Shown: positions 30,520-40,028 of the stretch, one piece after another
Position numbering within the stretch: position 1 is the first letter of the stretch
Layout: the number at the start of each line of letters is the position of its first letter
DNA from: Methanomassiliicoccaceae archaeon
Lineage (GTDB): Archaea; Thermoplasmatota; Thermoplasmata; Methanomassiliicoccales; Methanomassiliicoccaceae
Direction: 5' to 3'
Assembly (NCBI GenBank): GCA_040776945.1
Contig: JAXGZN010000002.1
Location: 256,001 to 320,000 of the forward strand
DNA length: 64,000 nt
The notes under the pieces: generated by a model
Databases searched by the model: none
What the model saw: only the letters and a program-made list of their open reading frames with translations
What the model was told of the DNA's origin: nothing
Translations under genes and position numbers: made by a program

Positions 30520-31398
30520 CTACTTTTCGGACCGCTTCTTCTGCGTCCGCTTCTTCGGCCGAGGAACGTCCTTCCTCTCCGAGAACTCCACGACCTTATC
30601 GACTATGGAATCGAAGGCCTTGGCCGCCGGGGAATCAGGGTTCGCGGCTATGATGGGGATGCCCTCGTCCCCGGTGTTAACCACGTCCGGGTCTACCGGC
30701 ACGCGTCCCAGGAAGGGCACCTCCAGCTCCTTTGCCGTTCTCTCTCCCCCGCCCAGCTTGAACAGGTCGATCTCCTTGCCGCAATGCGGGCACATCAGGC
30801 CGGCCATGTTCTCCACTATGCCGACCACCGGCAGGTGCAGGCTTTCGGAGAACACCACGGTCTTCCTGGAGTCCAGGAGCGCGACGTCCTGAGGCGTGGT
30901 AACGATTATCGATCCGTCGGCGTTGGGTATGAGCTGGGCGATGGTAAGGGGCTCGTCCCCGGTCCCCGGCGGAAGGTCCACTATCAGGAAATCAAGGTCT
31001 CCCCAGTAGACGTCCTCGATGAACTTCCGGATCGCCCCCATCTTCATCGGACCCCTCCATATGATCGGCTGGTCGCGGTCCGGCGACAGGAACGCCATGG
31101 ACATGACCTTGAGATGCGGAGGCACGAAGGCGGGATAGATGCCGTTCTCGTCGGCCGACAGTTCCACGTCCTCCACCTTGAGCATCTTAGGGATGTTAGG
31201 GCCATGGATGTCGGCGTCCAGTACCCCGACCTCGAACCCCCGCATGGCCAACCCCACCGCGAGGTTGACGGTGACGGTGGACTTTCCTACACCCCCTTTG
31301 CCGGACATGACGATGATCGTGTGCTTGATCTTGGACAGCTTGCGCATGAGCCTGACGTCCTCAGGCTTGGCAGTGACGACGTTTATGTCCCCTTCCAT
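30520..31398 (-). CDS. mrp: Mrp/NBP35 Fe-S cluster carrier ATPase
   Basis: [33 protein letters not shown]...CPHC motifs. Confidence 0.95.
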   Translation of the reverse strand: MEGDINVVTAKPEDVRLMRKLSKIKHTIIVMSGKGGVGKSTVTVNLAVGLAMRGFEVGVLDADIHGPNIPKMLKVEDVELSADENGIYPAFVPPHLKVMSMAFLSPDRDQPIIWRGPMKMGAIRKFIEDVYWGDLDFLIVDLPPGTGDEPLTIAQLIPNADGSIIVTTPQDVALLDSRKTVVFSESLHLPVVGIVENMAGLMCPHCGKEIDLFKLGGGERTAKELEVPFLGRVPVDPDVVNTGDEGIPIIAANPDSPAAKAFDSIVDKVVEFSERKDVPRPKKRTQKKRSEK

Positions 31399-31574
31399 GT
31401 TAAGGCCTCGAGCGACCGTTCATATTAATCACGGGATAAATAAAGGAATGGCCTTTTTCCTGCCGTGCGGGGACGGTCCGCGGGCGGAGATGGGTCCCTC
31501 GGGCCCCACCCTCATTATCCACAGCGGCATCTCACGACCTCAGGATTAATGAGCCTGCCGACATCCGACCGGCG

Positions 31575-31838
31575 ATGATCGTGCGGATAACCGCCAACCT
31601 GAGCGATCCAAGCGCCCAGGACCTGTACAGGAGGTTCCACGAGGACGGGTACGCCCCGTGGGGGAACGACGAGATATTGATGGGCTTCGTCAAGGACGCG
31701 GTCCTCACCTCGAACAATTACATAATCACCGTGGACGTGACCAACCCCCAGGCCATAGACTATATCCACTCTTTGGAGACACCCGCCCCGGACCGGGACC
31801 GGCCCCGTGGCCGTTCGATGTCCCGTTCCCCGGAATGA
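31575..31838 (+). CDS. Small hypothetical protein (paralog of 36344..36577)
   Basis: Visible alignment with the 36344 ORF supports coding status. Confidence 0.7.
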   Translation: MIVRITANLSDPSAQDLYRRFHEDGYAPWGNDEILMGFVKDAVLTSNNYIITVDVTNPQAIDYIHSLETPAPDRDRPRGRSMSRSPE

Positions 31839-31908
31839 GAATCAGGACGTGGTATCCACCTCGCAAGATTAATGTCGGGCATCCTCCTCGGCACTTCCAG
31901 GTGATGGT

Positions 31909-32310
31909 TTGGCGGTCAACAAGCATAATGTGAGCATGATGCTGGTAGGCGCGGTAGTGGTGTTGTTCTTCGTGTTCATCGTTGTGGCGGGGTTCTTCGC
32001 ACCGGACCCCAGGACCGACCAGATCACCGAGCCGCAGGCCAAGGCCATAGCGGACAGCATGGCCAAGATGGTGTGGTGGATGACAGTGGCGGCCATCGTC
32101 CTGCCGATCATGCTGGTCCTCATCGTCATCGCCGCGTACCTGTTCATCACCCAGGACCGTCCTTCGTGGTTCCTGCAGGCCCGGCCGTCGGAGAAGGTGA
32201 AGGAGGCCGTCACGCCGTCCGATGTGCTGGACCTGAGGTACGCCAGGGGCGAGATCACCAGGGACCAGTACATGGCGATGAAGACGGACATGAAGGGCGC
32301 CAAGGCCTGA
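31909..32310 (+). CDS. SHOCT-domain membrane protein
   Basis: Two TM segments plus LDLRYARGEITRDQY. Confidence 0.85.
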   Translation: MAVNKHNVSMMLVGAVVVLFFVFIVVAGFFAPDPRTDQITEPQAKAIADSMAKMVWWMTVAAIVLPIMLVLIVIAAYLFITQDRPSWFLQARPSEKVKEAVTPSDVLDLRYARGEITRDQYMAMKTDMKGAKA

Positions 32311-32441
32311 GAGCGGAACAGCGCTGCCCCCGAACGTAACCCGCGTCCGTCCAGGCCGGCGCCGCTCTATCATCTTTTTGCGCGAGGACCACGCCATCGG
32401 AGGGGAAACGGACTAATACCGCCGGCTCGAAGCTGTTGACC

Positions 32442-32984
32442 ATGACGGTCTCGGAGCAGGTCGGGAAGCAGGACATGGTGATCACCAGGGTCTTCGATGC
32501 GCCTAGGGAGCGGGTGTTCACGGCGTTCACCGAGCCCCGGTTGGTCAAGAAGTGGTACGGGCCGGAGGGGTTCACCGCGCCGGTGATCGAGGCGGAGCTC
32601 AGGACGGGGGGCCGCTACCTCTATTGCATGGAATCGCCGGAGGGGATAGACTATTGGTCGGCCGGAGTGTACCGCGAGTTCACTCCGCCGGAACGCATCG
32701 TGGCCATCGATTCGTTCGCCGATCCGGAGGGCAACATCGTGCCCGCCTCGTACTACGGGCTCGGCGGCGACTGGCCGCTGGAGTCCGAGGTCGTGATATC
32801 CTTCGAGGAGGAAGGCGGCGGGACCAGGATCACCATCAGGCAGGCGGGCGTGCCGGGCGGAGCGGACCTCGACAGAGTGAGAAGGATGCGGGAACGGTCG
32901 CTGGACAGGTTGGCCCAGGTTGTGGATATGGGCGACGGCTGCCGGTCCAAGGCTGGATTGGGCGAACGGCGCGAAGAAGATTGA
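32442..32984 (+). CDS. SRPBCC/AHSA1-like protein
   Basis: ITRVFDAPRERVF.AFT.P..VKKWYGP, GG.Y, GVYRE..PPERI. Confidence 0.88.
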   Translation: MTVSEQVGKQDMVITRVFDAPRERVFTAFTEPRLVKKWYGPEGFTAPVIEAELRTGGRYLYCMESPEGIDYWSAGVYREFTPPERIVAIDSFADPEGNIVPASYYGLGGDWPLESEVVISFEEEGGGTRITIRQAGVPGGADLDRVRRMRERSLDRLAQVVDMGDGCRSKAGLGERREED

Positions 32985-32999
32985 TATCCCCGCTGGTTC

Positions 33000-34100
33000 A
33001 TGGCCGCTCCGATGAGGGTAGCCATCGTCCTCGGCACCAGGCCGGAGATAATCAAGATGTCCCCGCTGGTCCGGGAATGCGCGAAGCGGGGAACGCCATA
33101 CTATATACTGCATACGGGACAGCATTACTCGCATGAGATGGACCGGGTGTTCTTCGAGGAGCTGGCGCTCCCTGAGGCGCACCACCATCTCGATGTCGGA
33201 TCCGGCACTCACGGCGCGCAGACGGCGAAGGTCCTCAGCGGCACGGAGGCCGTGCTGTCGAGGGACCGCCCGGACATCGTGATGGTGCAGGGCGACACCA
33301 ACACGGTGATGGCCGCCGCGCTGGCGGCCGCCAAGATGGGCATCCGCGTGGGCCACGTGGAGGCCGGCCTGCGTTCCAACGACCGCACCATGCCCGAGGA
33401 GGTGAACCGGGTGGTCGCCGACCACATCTCCGACCAGCTTTACGCGCCGACAGAGGAGGCGAGGAAGAACTTGGCCCGCGAAGGCATCGACCGCGGGGTC
33501 TTCGTCACCGGCAACACCATCGTGGACGCGGTGCAGGAGAACCGCAAGCTGGCGGCCGCCCGCTCCCACGTTCTCGAGAACCTCGGCCTCAAGGCCCGCG
33601 GGTTCGTTCTCGCCACCGCGCACCGGCAGGAGAACGTCGACTCGCCCCAGAAGCTCAATGGCATCCTGAAGGCGCTGGACTCGGTCGGCCGGGAGACCGG
33701 CCTGCCGGTGATCTTTCCGGCGCATCCGCGCACCCAGGCCAGGCTCAAGGAGTTCGGCCTGAGGCCGGAGGCCGCGTCCGTGGTCAACCCGTTCGGGTTC
33801 ATGGACTTCCTCACCATGGAGGCCTCGGCCAGGCTGGTCCTCACGGACTCGGGAGGGGTGCAGGAGGAGGCCTGCATACTGGGAGTGCCGTGCGTCACCA
33901 TGAGGGAGAACACCGAGCGGCCGGAGACGGTGTCGGTAGGCGCGAACGTCCTGGCCGGCACGGACCCGGAACGCATCCTTGCGGCCTCGTGGTCCATGCT
34001 CAACCGCCAAGGAGGATGGAAGAACCCCTTCGGGGACGGGAGGGCCGCGGCGCGAATCCTGGACCACGCGGAGAAGGGCGAGGATCGCTTCAAGGGATGA
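33000..34100 (+). CDS. wecB: UDP-N-acetylglucosamine 2-epimerase (non-hydrolysing)
   Basis: GTRPEIIKM, TGQHY, QGDT, HVEAGLRS, PEEVNR, HRQEN, DSGGVQEEA, TERPE motifs. Confidence 0.95.
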   Translation: MAAPMRVAIVLGTRPEIIKMSPLVRECAKRGTPYYILHTGQHYSHEMDRVFFEELALPEAHHHLDVGSGTHGAQTAKVLSGTEAVLSRDRPDIVMVQGDTNTVMAAALAAAKMGIRVGHVEAGLRSNDRTMPEEVNRVVADHISDQLYAPTEEARKNLAREGIDRGVFVTGNTIVDAVQENRKLAAARSHVLENLGLKARGFVLATAHRQENVDSPQKLNGILKALDSVGRETGLPVIFPAHPRTQARLKEFGLRPEAASVVNPFGFMDFLTMEASARLVLTDSGGVQEEACILGVPCVTMRENTERPETVSVGANVLAGTDPERILAASWSMLNRQGGWKNPFGDGRAAARILDHAEKGEDRFKG

Positions 34101-34185
34101 GGCGGCCCCGGTCGGTCCGACGCCGTCTGAATATAATCATAGGTCCCACTTTAAATATATCGCTTTCCATCTATTCTTCAGCAGG

Positions 34186-35181
34186 ATGGGCCAGATGGCG
34201 GTCGACACAGAGGGGGAAATGGGCTTGGACGGGCTGCGCATGAAACATGACGGGAACATCATCGCGCAGGGAATGGCCATGCCGACCGCGGCCTCCGCCC
34301 CTCGGACGATCGCAGTGGTCCCCGCCTTCAACGAGGAGATAACCATCGCCAGCGTCGTCCTGGGCGCCCTTGCTTACGTTGACAAGGTCATAGTGGTCGA
34401 CGACGCGTCCCACGACCGCACCGGCAAGCTGGCCGCCCTGGCCGGGGCCACGGTGGTGAGGATGCCCATGAACGGCGGGAAGGCTAAGGCGCTGCTCACC
34501 GGCCTCAAGGAGGCGGAGCGCATGGGGTGCCAGGTCGCGGTCATGCTGGATGGCGACGGCCAGCACCGTGTCGATGACATCGAGGTCCTGATGAGGCCGG
34601 TCATCGAAGGCAAGGCCGACCTGGTGATCGGCTCGAGGTTCCTGGGCGAGCAGACCGGGATCCCCCGGTACCGCATCTTCGGGCAGAAGGTCATAAACTC
34701 GCTTTCCAACCTTTCCACCAAGGTCGACATCACCGACTCCCAGTCCGGCATGCGGGCGCTGAGCCGAAAGGGGCTGGAGAACCTGACCTTCTCGTCCGAA
34801 GGCTACAACATCGAGTCGGACATGATCACCCACTTCGTGGAGGCCGGCCTGGAGATAATGGAGGTGCCCATCTCCGTACGCTATGACGTGCCCAACGGCC
34901 ACAAGGCCGGCGCCACCTCCATGGGGATGAAGCTCCTGGGCAACGTGGTCTCGATGATCGGCTACAAGCGGCCTCTGCTGCTGTTCGGCGTGCCGGGGGC
35001 CATCGCCGGCCTTACCGGCATCATCATAGCCTTCCTGACCGTCTCTGAGATCTACCTCTTCGGGTCCTTCCTGGGGCAGGCCCTGGTGGGCGTGGCGCTG
35101 TTCCTGATAGGGTCGTTCTTCGTGATCTCCGGACTTACGCTGAACTCGCTCACCTTGATGATGAAGTCCATGGGCCGGTGA
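34186..35181 (+). CDS. GT2 glycosyltransferase (Dol-P/polyprenyl-P glycosyltransferase-like) with 2 C-terminal TMs
   Basis: PAFNEE, VVDDAS.D.T, DGDGQH, IGSRF, DSQSG motifs; start 34186 or 34219. Confidence 0.9.
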   Translation: MGQMAVDTEGEMGLDGLRMKHDGNIIAQGMAMPTAASAPRTIAVVPAFNEEITIASVVLGALAYVDKVIVVDDASHDRTGKLAALAGATVVRMPMNGGKAKALLTGLKEAERMGCQVAVMLDGDGQHRVDDIEVLMRPVIEGKADLVIGSRFLGEQTGIPRYRIFGQKVINSLSNLSTKVDITDSQSGMRALSRKGLENLTFSSEGYNIESDMITHFVEAGLEIMEVPISVRYDVPNGHKAGATSMGMKLLGNVVSMIGYKRPLLLFGVPGAIAGLTGIIIAFLTVSEIYLFGSFLGQALVGVALFLIGSFFVISGLTLNSLTLMMKSMGR

Positions 35182-35209
35182 TCTCAAAGCTCAGAGCCCG
35201 TCGGAACGA

Positions 35210-36205
35210 TCAGGCCACGTTCAGGTTCAGGTTCAACGTGTAGCTGTCGTCCGACTCGATAGCGTCCACGAACCTGGCGGCCGTGGCGGTGCCCGCGAGG
35301 TCCACCATGGGCGGTCCGGAGTAGGGCGCGCCGTCCTTCAGCAGGACGAACCAGATCTTGTACTGGCCGGTGATGGGCACAGAGACGTTGTATGCCCTCT
35401 CCCACTGCGCGGTCCAGTTGCCCTCGATGTTGGCCGGTATGTGGTCCAAGGTCTGGGAGAAGGATTCCACGAAGTACAGGCGGTTCACCAGGGTGGTGTT
35501 GTCCGCGAAGGTTATGTTGGAAAGCCACACCTCCACGGTGTAGTTCACCGTGCGGTGCTCGTGGTTCGCGATGCCGATGAAGACCGGCGCCGACTGATTA
35601 ACTGTAAGGTTGTGAGGATAGCCGCTGGCAGTGCCGTCAGGGCCAAGGACGTAGAACTCGGTGAAGCTCTCGCCCTCCCTAGGAAAGGAGACCACGTACA
35701 CTAGGGCGATCACCGAGGACAGGATCGAGAGAACGAGAACGACGGTGAGGAACTTGTCCACCTTCCCCTCGGCGTCGAAGTTCCGCTTGATGGACCCGAA
35801 CAGCGCGCGGGGGTCGAACGGCTCGTAGGGCTCCGCGGTCCTCGATCGCCTCCACAGCGCCAGAGCGCAGAACACCACGTTGAACACTATGATCGACGCG
35901 AGTATGGGCACCAGGCGGATCCCCAGCGGCGTATAGTTCAGCCCGAAGCCGATCAGCGGCACAATGGCGATGCTGACCCCGAACGAGAGCGCTATGCGCT
36001 CGATCAGGTCCAGCGACGCCCTCTCAGGGAACAAGGTGGCGATGAGCGCATACCCAGGGAAGAACAGGATGAACGGCAGGCCGATGACGATCCGGACCGG
36101 GTTGTCCGGAACGAGGAAGATGAAAAGAGCTAACAGTACCGATAATACGATTATGGCGCTGAGGTCCCACGCCCTGACGATGCCGCTCTTCTTGTTCTCA
36201 GGCAA
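35210..36205 (-). CDS. DUF1616-family membrane protein
   Basis: GLPFILFFPGYAL..LFP, ERIALSFGVSIA, FTEFYVLG..G.A..YP, NHE motifs. Confidence 0.85.
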   Translation of the reverse strand: MPENKKSGIVRAWDLSAIIVLSVLLALFIFLVPDNPVRIVIGLPFILFFPGYALIATLFPERASLDLIERIALSFGVSIAIVPLIGFGLNYTPLGIRLVPILASIIVFNVVFCALALWRRSRTAEPYEPFDPRALFGSIKRNFDAEGKVDKFLTVVLVLSILSSVIALVYVVSFPREGESFTEFYVLGPDGTASGYPHNLTVNQSAPVFIGIANHEHRTVNYTVEVWLSNITFADNTTLVNRLYFVESFSQTLDHIPANIEGNWTAQWERAYNVSVPITGQYKIWFVLLKDGAPYSGPPMVDLAGTATAARFVDAIESDDSYTLNLNLNVA

Positions 36206-36343
36206 GCGAGGGAGCGAGCCTCTCCAGCATATATATTGGTTTTTCCCCGGGGTCCGGCGGAGAAAAACCTTCCGCTGGGTCCGAGGGCCGGCGGGCCGAG
36301 GCGTTCATCGGACAGGGCCGCCCTATGCCGGCCTCACGAAGGC

Positions 36344-36577
36344 TCACGATGTCGCGGGCCTCAATGAGCGTATGTACCCTATGGCCAAGGGATTGGTGAT
36401 CTCGACCGTGAGCACGTAGTTCTCCCCGTCCTCCTTGGCATCCCTCAGGAACCCCACGGGGACGTTCTCGAGCTCGAAGTCGCAATGACCGTATGTAATG
36501 AACTCATGGTACATCCCACTTGCATCCTTGTCCTCCCGGGGAGAGGTGATGCGGACGAGCAGTGATTGGGTTTGCAT
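36344..36577 (-). CDS. Small hypothetical protein (paralog of 31575..31838)
   Basis: Shared VRIT, GF..DA, NY..TV..TNP.AI.YI.SL pattern; TATA-like TATAAATATA upstream. Confidence 0.72.
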   Translation of the reverse strand: MQTQSLLVRITSPREDKDASGMYHEFITYGHCDFELENVPVGFLRDAKEDGENYVLTVEITNPLAIGYIRSLRPATS

Positions 36578-36950
36578 TGAGTTCTTTATTCTGAGCCTAA
36601 TATATTTATACCTATGTAGGGAACAACGGGCCGCGGGCCCCCTCCCCTCGCCTCGGGCGGAGCCCTAGGGCGGTCCGGAGGCGCCGATCTGCGCCCGCCG
36701 CACGATGGTCCATCATCTGATAATCTCGTCCGATAATACTGGTTTGCAGTATCTTTTTCGATATTAATTGAGAGGTTGCGCCATGGGGCAAGAGCCGCAA
36801 ACGGAACGGAGCCAGATGCAAATATTTTCACTGATGACAACTAATATTATTTGAGATAATAATTATAAATAGAAATATTTATAAAGTTGTTTTGATATTC
36901 TCATTATCAAGTCTCAGTATCAGAAATCGAAATAACGGGGGAAAAGAACG

Positions 36951-37886
36951 ATGAAGGAAAAAATGCTCATAAGCGCCATGATCGCCATCATGATGATGGT
37001 CGGCTCGGCCGCCGTGTTCGTGATGAACAACCCGGGAGCGGGGCCGCTAGAGGGGGTCGACGGCCCCGGGCAGAACGACGGGAACGGAGGCATCAGCCCG
37101 ACTGAGCCTTCGTTCGTCGCTCCGGTGACCCCGGCCGCCGGAAGCTCCGAGAGCTCCGGCAGCTCCAGCGGCCATGACGGCTCCGGAACCCAGAGCGGAT
37201 CCGGCTGCGGGGACGAGGGGGCGGGGGACGCGGTCCCGAACGAGGGTGCCCAGGACGATGGCTGCGGCAGCAGCGACAATGGCGTCGGCGACGATTGCGG
37301 CGACAACGATGACGCCCAGGCCGGCGACGACGGCTGCGGAAGCGAGGGGGACAACGAGGCCGGCGACGACTGCGGGGCAGATGATGAAGGCGCCGCCGGC
37401 GACGACGACTGCGGCGACGACGAGGCCGGCGAGGCTGGAAGCGACGATGGCTGCGACGTTCCGCCCTCTGATGACGGCTGTGGAAGCGAGGGGGACAACG
37501 AGGCCGGCGACGATTGCGGCGACAACGATGACACCCAGGCCGGCGACGACGGCTGTGGCGGCGATGATGAAACCGGTGTCGACGATGGCTGCGGCGACAA
37601 CGAAACCGGAGAGGCCGGCGACAACGACTGCGGCGAGGACGATGAAGCTGCTGGCGACAACGATTGCGGCGATGACGATCAGGGCACCCAGGACGATCAG
37701 TGCCCCACCGGGCCTAGCGGAGGCCACAACGGATGCCACGGCCACCACCATCACCGCCATGGCTGCGGACACGGCTTCCACCATGTGGTGAAGCACGGCT
37801 GCGGTCAGATAGTGGTCCACATCAGCTGCTACGGAGGCCAGTATACCTGGGGGGGCTATGGCTTCGTGGCATTTGGATGGTGCTAG
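36951..37886 (+). CDS. Secreted/anchored Asp-Gly-Cys repeat protein with His-rich C-terminus
   Basis: Signal-like N-terminus; about 14 DD(G)CG-type units; HHHH tail; GGGGG SD upstream; T-tract downstream. Confidence 0.8.
   Translation: MKEKMLISAMIAIMMMVGSAAVFVMNNPGAGPLEGVDGPGQNDGNGGISPTEPSFVAPVTPAAGSSESSGSSSGHDGSGTQSGSGCGDEGAGDAVPNEGAQDDGCGSSDNGVGDDCGDNDDAQAGDDGCGSEGDNEAGDDCGADDEGAAGDDDCGDDEAGEAGSDDGCDVPPSDDGCGSEGDNEAGDDCGDNDDTQAGDDGCGGDDETGVDDGCGDNETGEAGDNDCGEDDEAAGDNDCGDDDQGTQDDQCPTGPSGGHNGCHGHHHHRHGCGHGFHHVVKHGCGQIVVHISCYGGQYTWGGYGFVAFGWC
37250..37705 (+). repeat. Degenerate tandem coding repeats (GGCGACGAC/GACGGCTGCGG units)
   Basis: Near-identical blocks, e.g. GACGGCTG(C/T)GGAAGCGAGGGGGACAACGAGGCCGGCGACGA occurs twice. 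Confidence 0.8.
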
Positions 37887-38238
37887 GATGAAGATCTGAG
37901 CGCCAGGGACCAAACCTCTTCAAACCTCTTCCTCTTTTTTTGAACACGATGCCTATCGTCGCACAGCCCATTGCCAGGGGATGAGCGCTTCTGGACGGGA
38001 AACCTGCCGGGCGAACATCGAAGCCCTATCTGCTTGACAGAGAGAAGGAGCGGACCGGATCGCTCTTAACGGCTCGGCGAACCTCCAACGCTCTCATTCC
38101 GCACCCGCGTTGGAGCGACCCAAGCTCCCATAAGCATAAGGCTACGTATTCATTGGCCATCGCCGAGGAGTACGCCGCGGCCCGCCGGCCCCCGACCCAA
38201 GGGGAAAAGCGTCGCTGGCGGAACAAGGTGGACCGCAC

Positions 38239-38838
38239 ATGCTCGGGAACAAGGCTCCGCTCAACCTTCTGTCATTATCGACAGCGGCCTTCCTGGCCCT
38301 AGGCGTGGTCCTGGCCGCTCTCCGCGACGATGTCTATTGGACCGCGATGGCGGTCTGGGCGGTCGCGCTGATAGTCCTTCCCCAGTACTATCACCGGGGC
38401 CGGGAGCGCTCGTCGATCAGCGCCCTCATGTTCCTGGTGACGCTTCCCTACATCGCAGGGTTCCTCGGCAACGAAGGCCAAGGGCTTATCCCCATATCGT
38501 CCATCTGGTACCTCCTGCTCTCCAGCCCGGCGATATTCTCACTTTGCTTAGTGACCATCGCCCTGATCAACTCGATAGGCGGCATGCGGTTCAACCTCAA
38601 TTTCGCGATGCAAGCATCCTTTATGTTCTATGCGACGATCGTGGTCCTTCAGAGCCCCGTCTTCTTCTATTCCGACCTGCTCCTTGGAACGTCCATAATT
38701 CCAAGCAACCAAGCGCTGATGGACTACATCGTGCTGGCGATGGGCATAGGATTGCTCATGACGGTGGTGTTCTTCACGGCCGCCCGGGCGGCCATGGACC
38801 GCCGGTGCCGCGGAGCGGCCGAGGGGGCGCCGGAATGA
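38239..38838 (+). CDS. Integral membrane protein
   Basis: About 6 TM segments; ATGA overlap with the next gene. Confidence 0.7.
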   Translation: MLGNKAPLNLLSLSTAAFLALGVVLAALRDDVYWTAMAVWAVALIVLPQYYHRGRERSSISALMFLVTLPYIAGFLGNEGQGLIPISSIWYLLLSSPAIFSLCLVTIALINSIGGMRFNLNFAMQASFMFYATIVVLQSPVFFYSDLLLGTSIIPSNQALMDYIVLAMGIGLLMTVVFFTAARAAMDRRCRGAAEGAPE

Positions 38839-39473
38839 AGCGCATAATGGCCATCACCATCTTTTTCGAGATACTGCTGGTCGGGTTCCTGGCCTACAGC
38901 ATCATGGAGGCCGCCAGCTACTGGGCGTTCACGGCCCTCTTCTCGGCCCTGCTGATGCCGGTGCCCGCGCTGCTCTCCGCCCGGGACGTGATCCGGCTGC
39001 CGTGGCCGATGGTCACCAGCATCGGACTGGCCCTCGTGCTGCACAACATCGGGCTGGTGACGTACTGGTACGACACCACCTTCTGGTGGGACAAGCTGAC
39101 CCATCTCGTGTCAGGACTGGTCATCTCATCGCTGGTGGCCGTCGAGCTCATGCTGCTCGACCAGCGGACGGTGAGCATCTACATACCGCCGATCTGGTAC
39201 CTGTTCCTGGTCCCCATAGCCATCCTGACCCTTGAGGCCATATGGGAGATGCTGGAGTACCTCGTGGACCAGCTCCTGCAGGTCGGCATGCAGCACAGCC
39301 TGGCGGACACCGCCAACGATATCCTGGTCAACCTCATCTCAGGGGTGGCAGGAGGGTTGGGGGCCATGTACTACCTGCACCGTCACCCGGTGGAGGAGCT
39401 CATAGCGGAACTGCACGCGGAGAAACTGGTCAGGTGGTTCGTGGTACGCTTCGGGGAGCCCGATCGGCGGTGA
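38835..39473 (+). CDS. DUF2238-like integral membrane protein
   Basis: LH..G, WWDKLTHLVSG, EAIWEMLEY..D, DTANDI motifs. Confidence 0.75.
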   Translation: MKRIMAITIFFEILLVGFLAYSIMEAASYWAFTALFSALLMPVPALLSARDVIRLPWPMVTSIGLALVLHNIGLVTYWYDTTFWWDKLTHLVSGLVISSLVAVELMLLDQRTVSIYIPPIWYLFLVPIAILTLEAIWEMLEYLVDQLLQVGMQHSLADTANDILVNLISGVAGGLGAMYYLHRHPVEELIAELHAEKLVRWFVVRFGEPDRR

Positions 39474-39599
39474 GGCTCGAGCATCGGAGCTGGGACGCGG
39501 CCTGCCCCGGCGCGGTGCGGCGCCCCTCCAGGTCCTTGTCCTCGCTGGAGCTGGAGCGGAAGGCGGCCGCCCCGCCCGATCGCCGGACGCCTCTGCGCG

Positions 39600-39833
39600 T
39601 TAGTCGAGGTATGCGTTCCGCCGAGCGTTCAACATCTCCCACATGATCGCCCGTTCGTTCCCTCGAAAGCGCTTGTCGATCCACCACTCAGGGGTGACCA
39701 CCTCCTGGTGGCCGGCCTTCTTGATGCACCGGCAGCGCATGGCGATGAAGCCGTTGTCCCAGTGCTTGTGGGTGACGATCTGCTCGCAGCAGGTACAGAA
39801 TAGGTGAGAATCGGTCCATCCGTTCTTCTTCAT
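39600..39833 (-). CDS. Small Cys/His (Zn-finger-like) protein, paralog of 49066..49302
   Basis: CTCC..MRCRC..KAGH; TATATA upstream. Confidence 0.75.
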   Translation of the reverse strand: MKKNGWTDSHLFCTCCEQIVTHKHWDNGFIAMRCRCIKKAGHQEVVTPEWWIDKRFRGNERAIMWEMLNARRNAYLD

Positions 39834-40028
39834 GCTTTAATGATGGGATGTCTCTCTATATATGGACGGCCATAATAATATCAGCCTTCGGAACACAGAC
39901 CGGCCGGTCTGGCGGCCGCGGCACGGAATAATGACCCGAGAAATATATTTGTACTAAGAGAGATAATTGAATAGCAAGATATAGGGGGGCATAACATTCA
40001 GCGTAGCTTCAGCTTTGGCTCGGGGGCA

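Noticed and set aside
37250-37705. Repeat array resembling a CRISPR or non-coding satellite
   Set aside because: The repeats are in-frame, degenerate at third positions and explained by the protein repeat
38048-38128. Several hairpins (CTCCAACGC/GCGTTGGAG; GAGCG/CGCTC) in an intergenic region
   Set aside because: No clear promoter or terminator bounds; short stems are expected in GC-rich DNA
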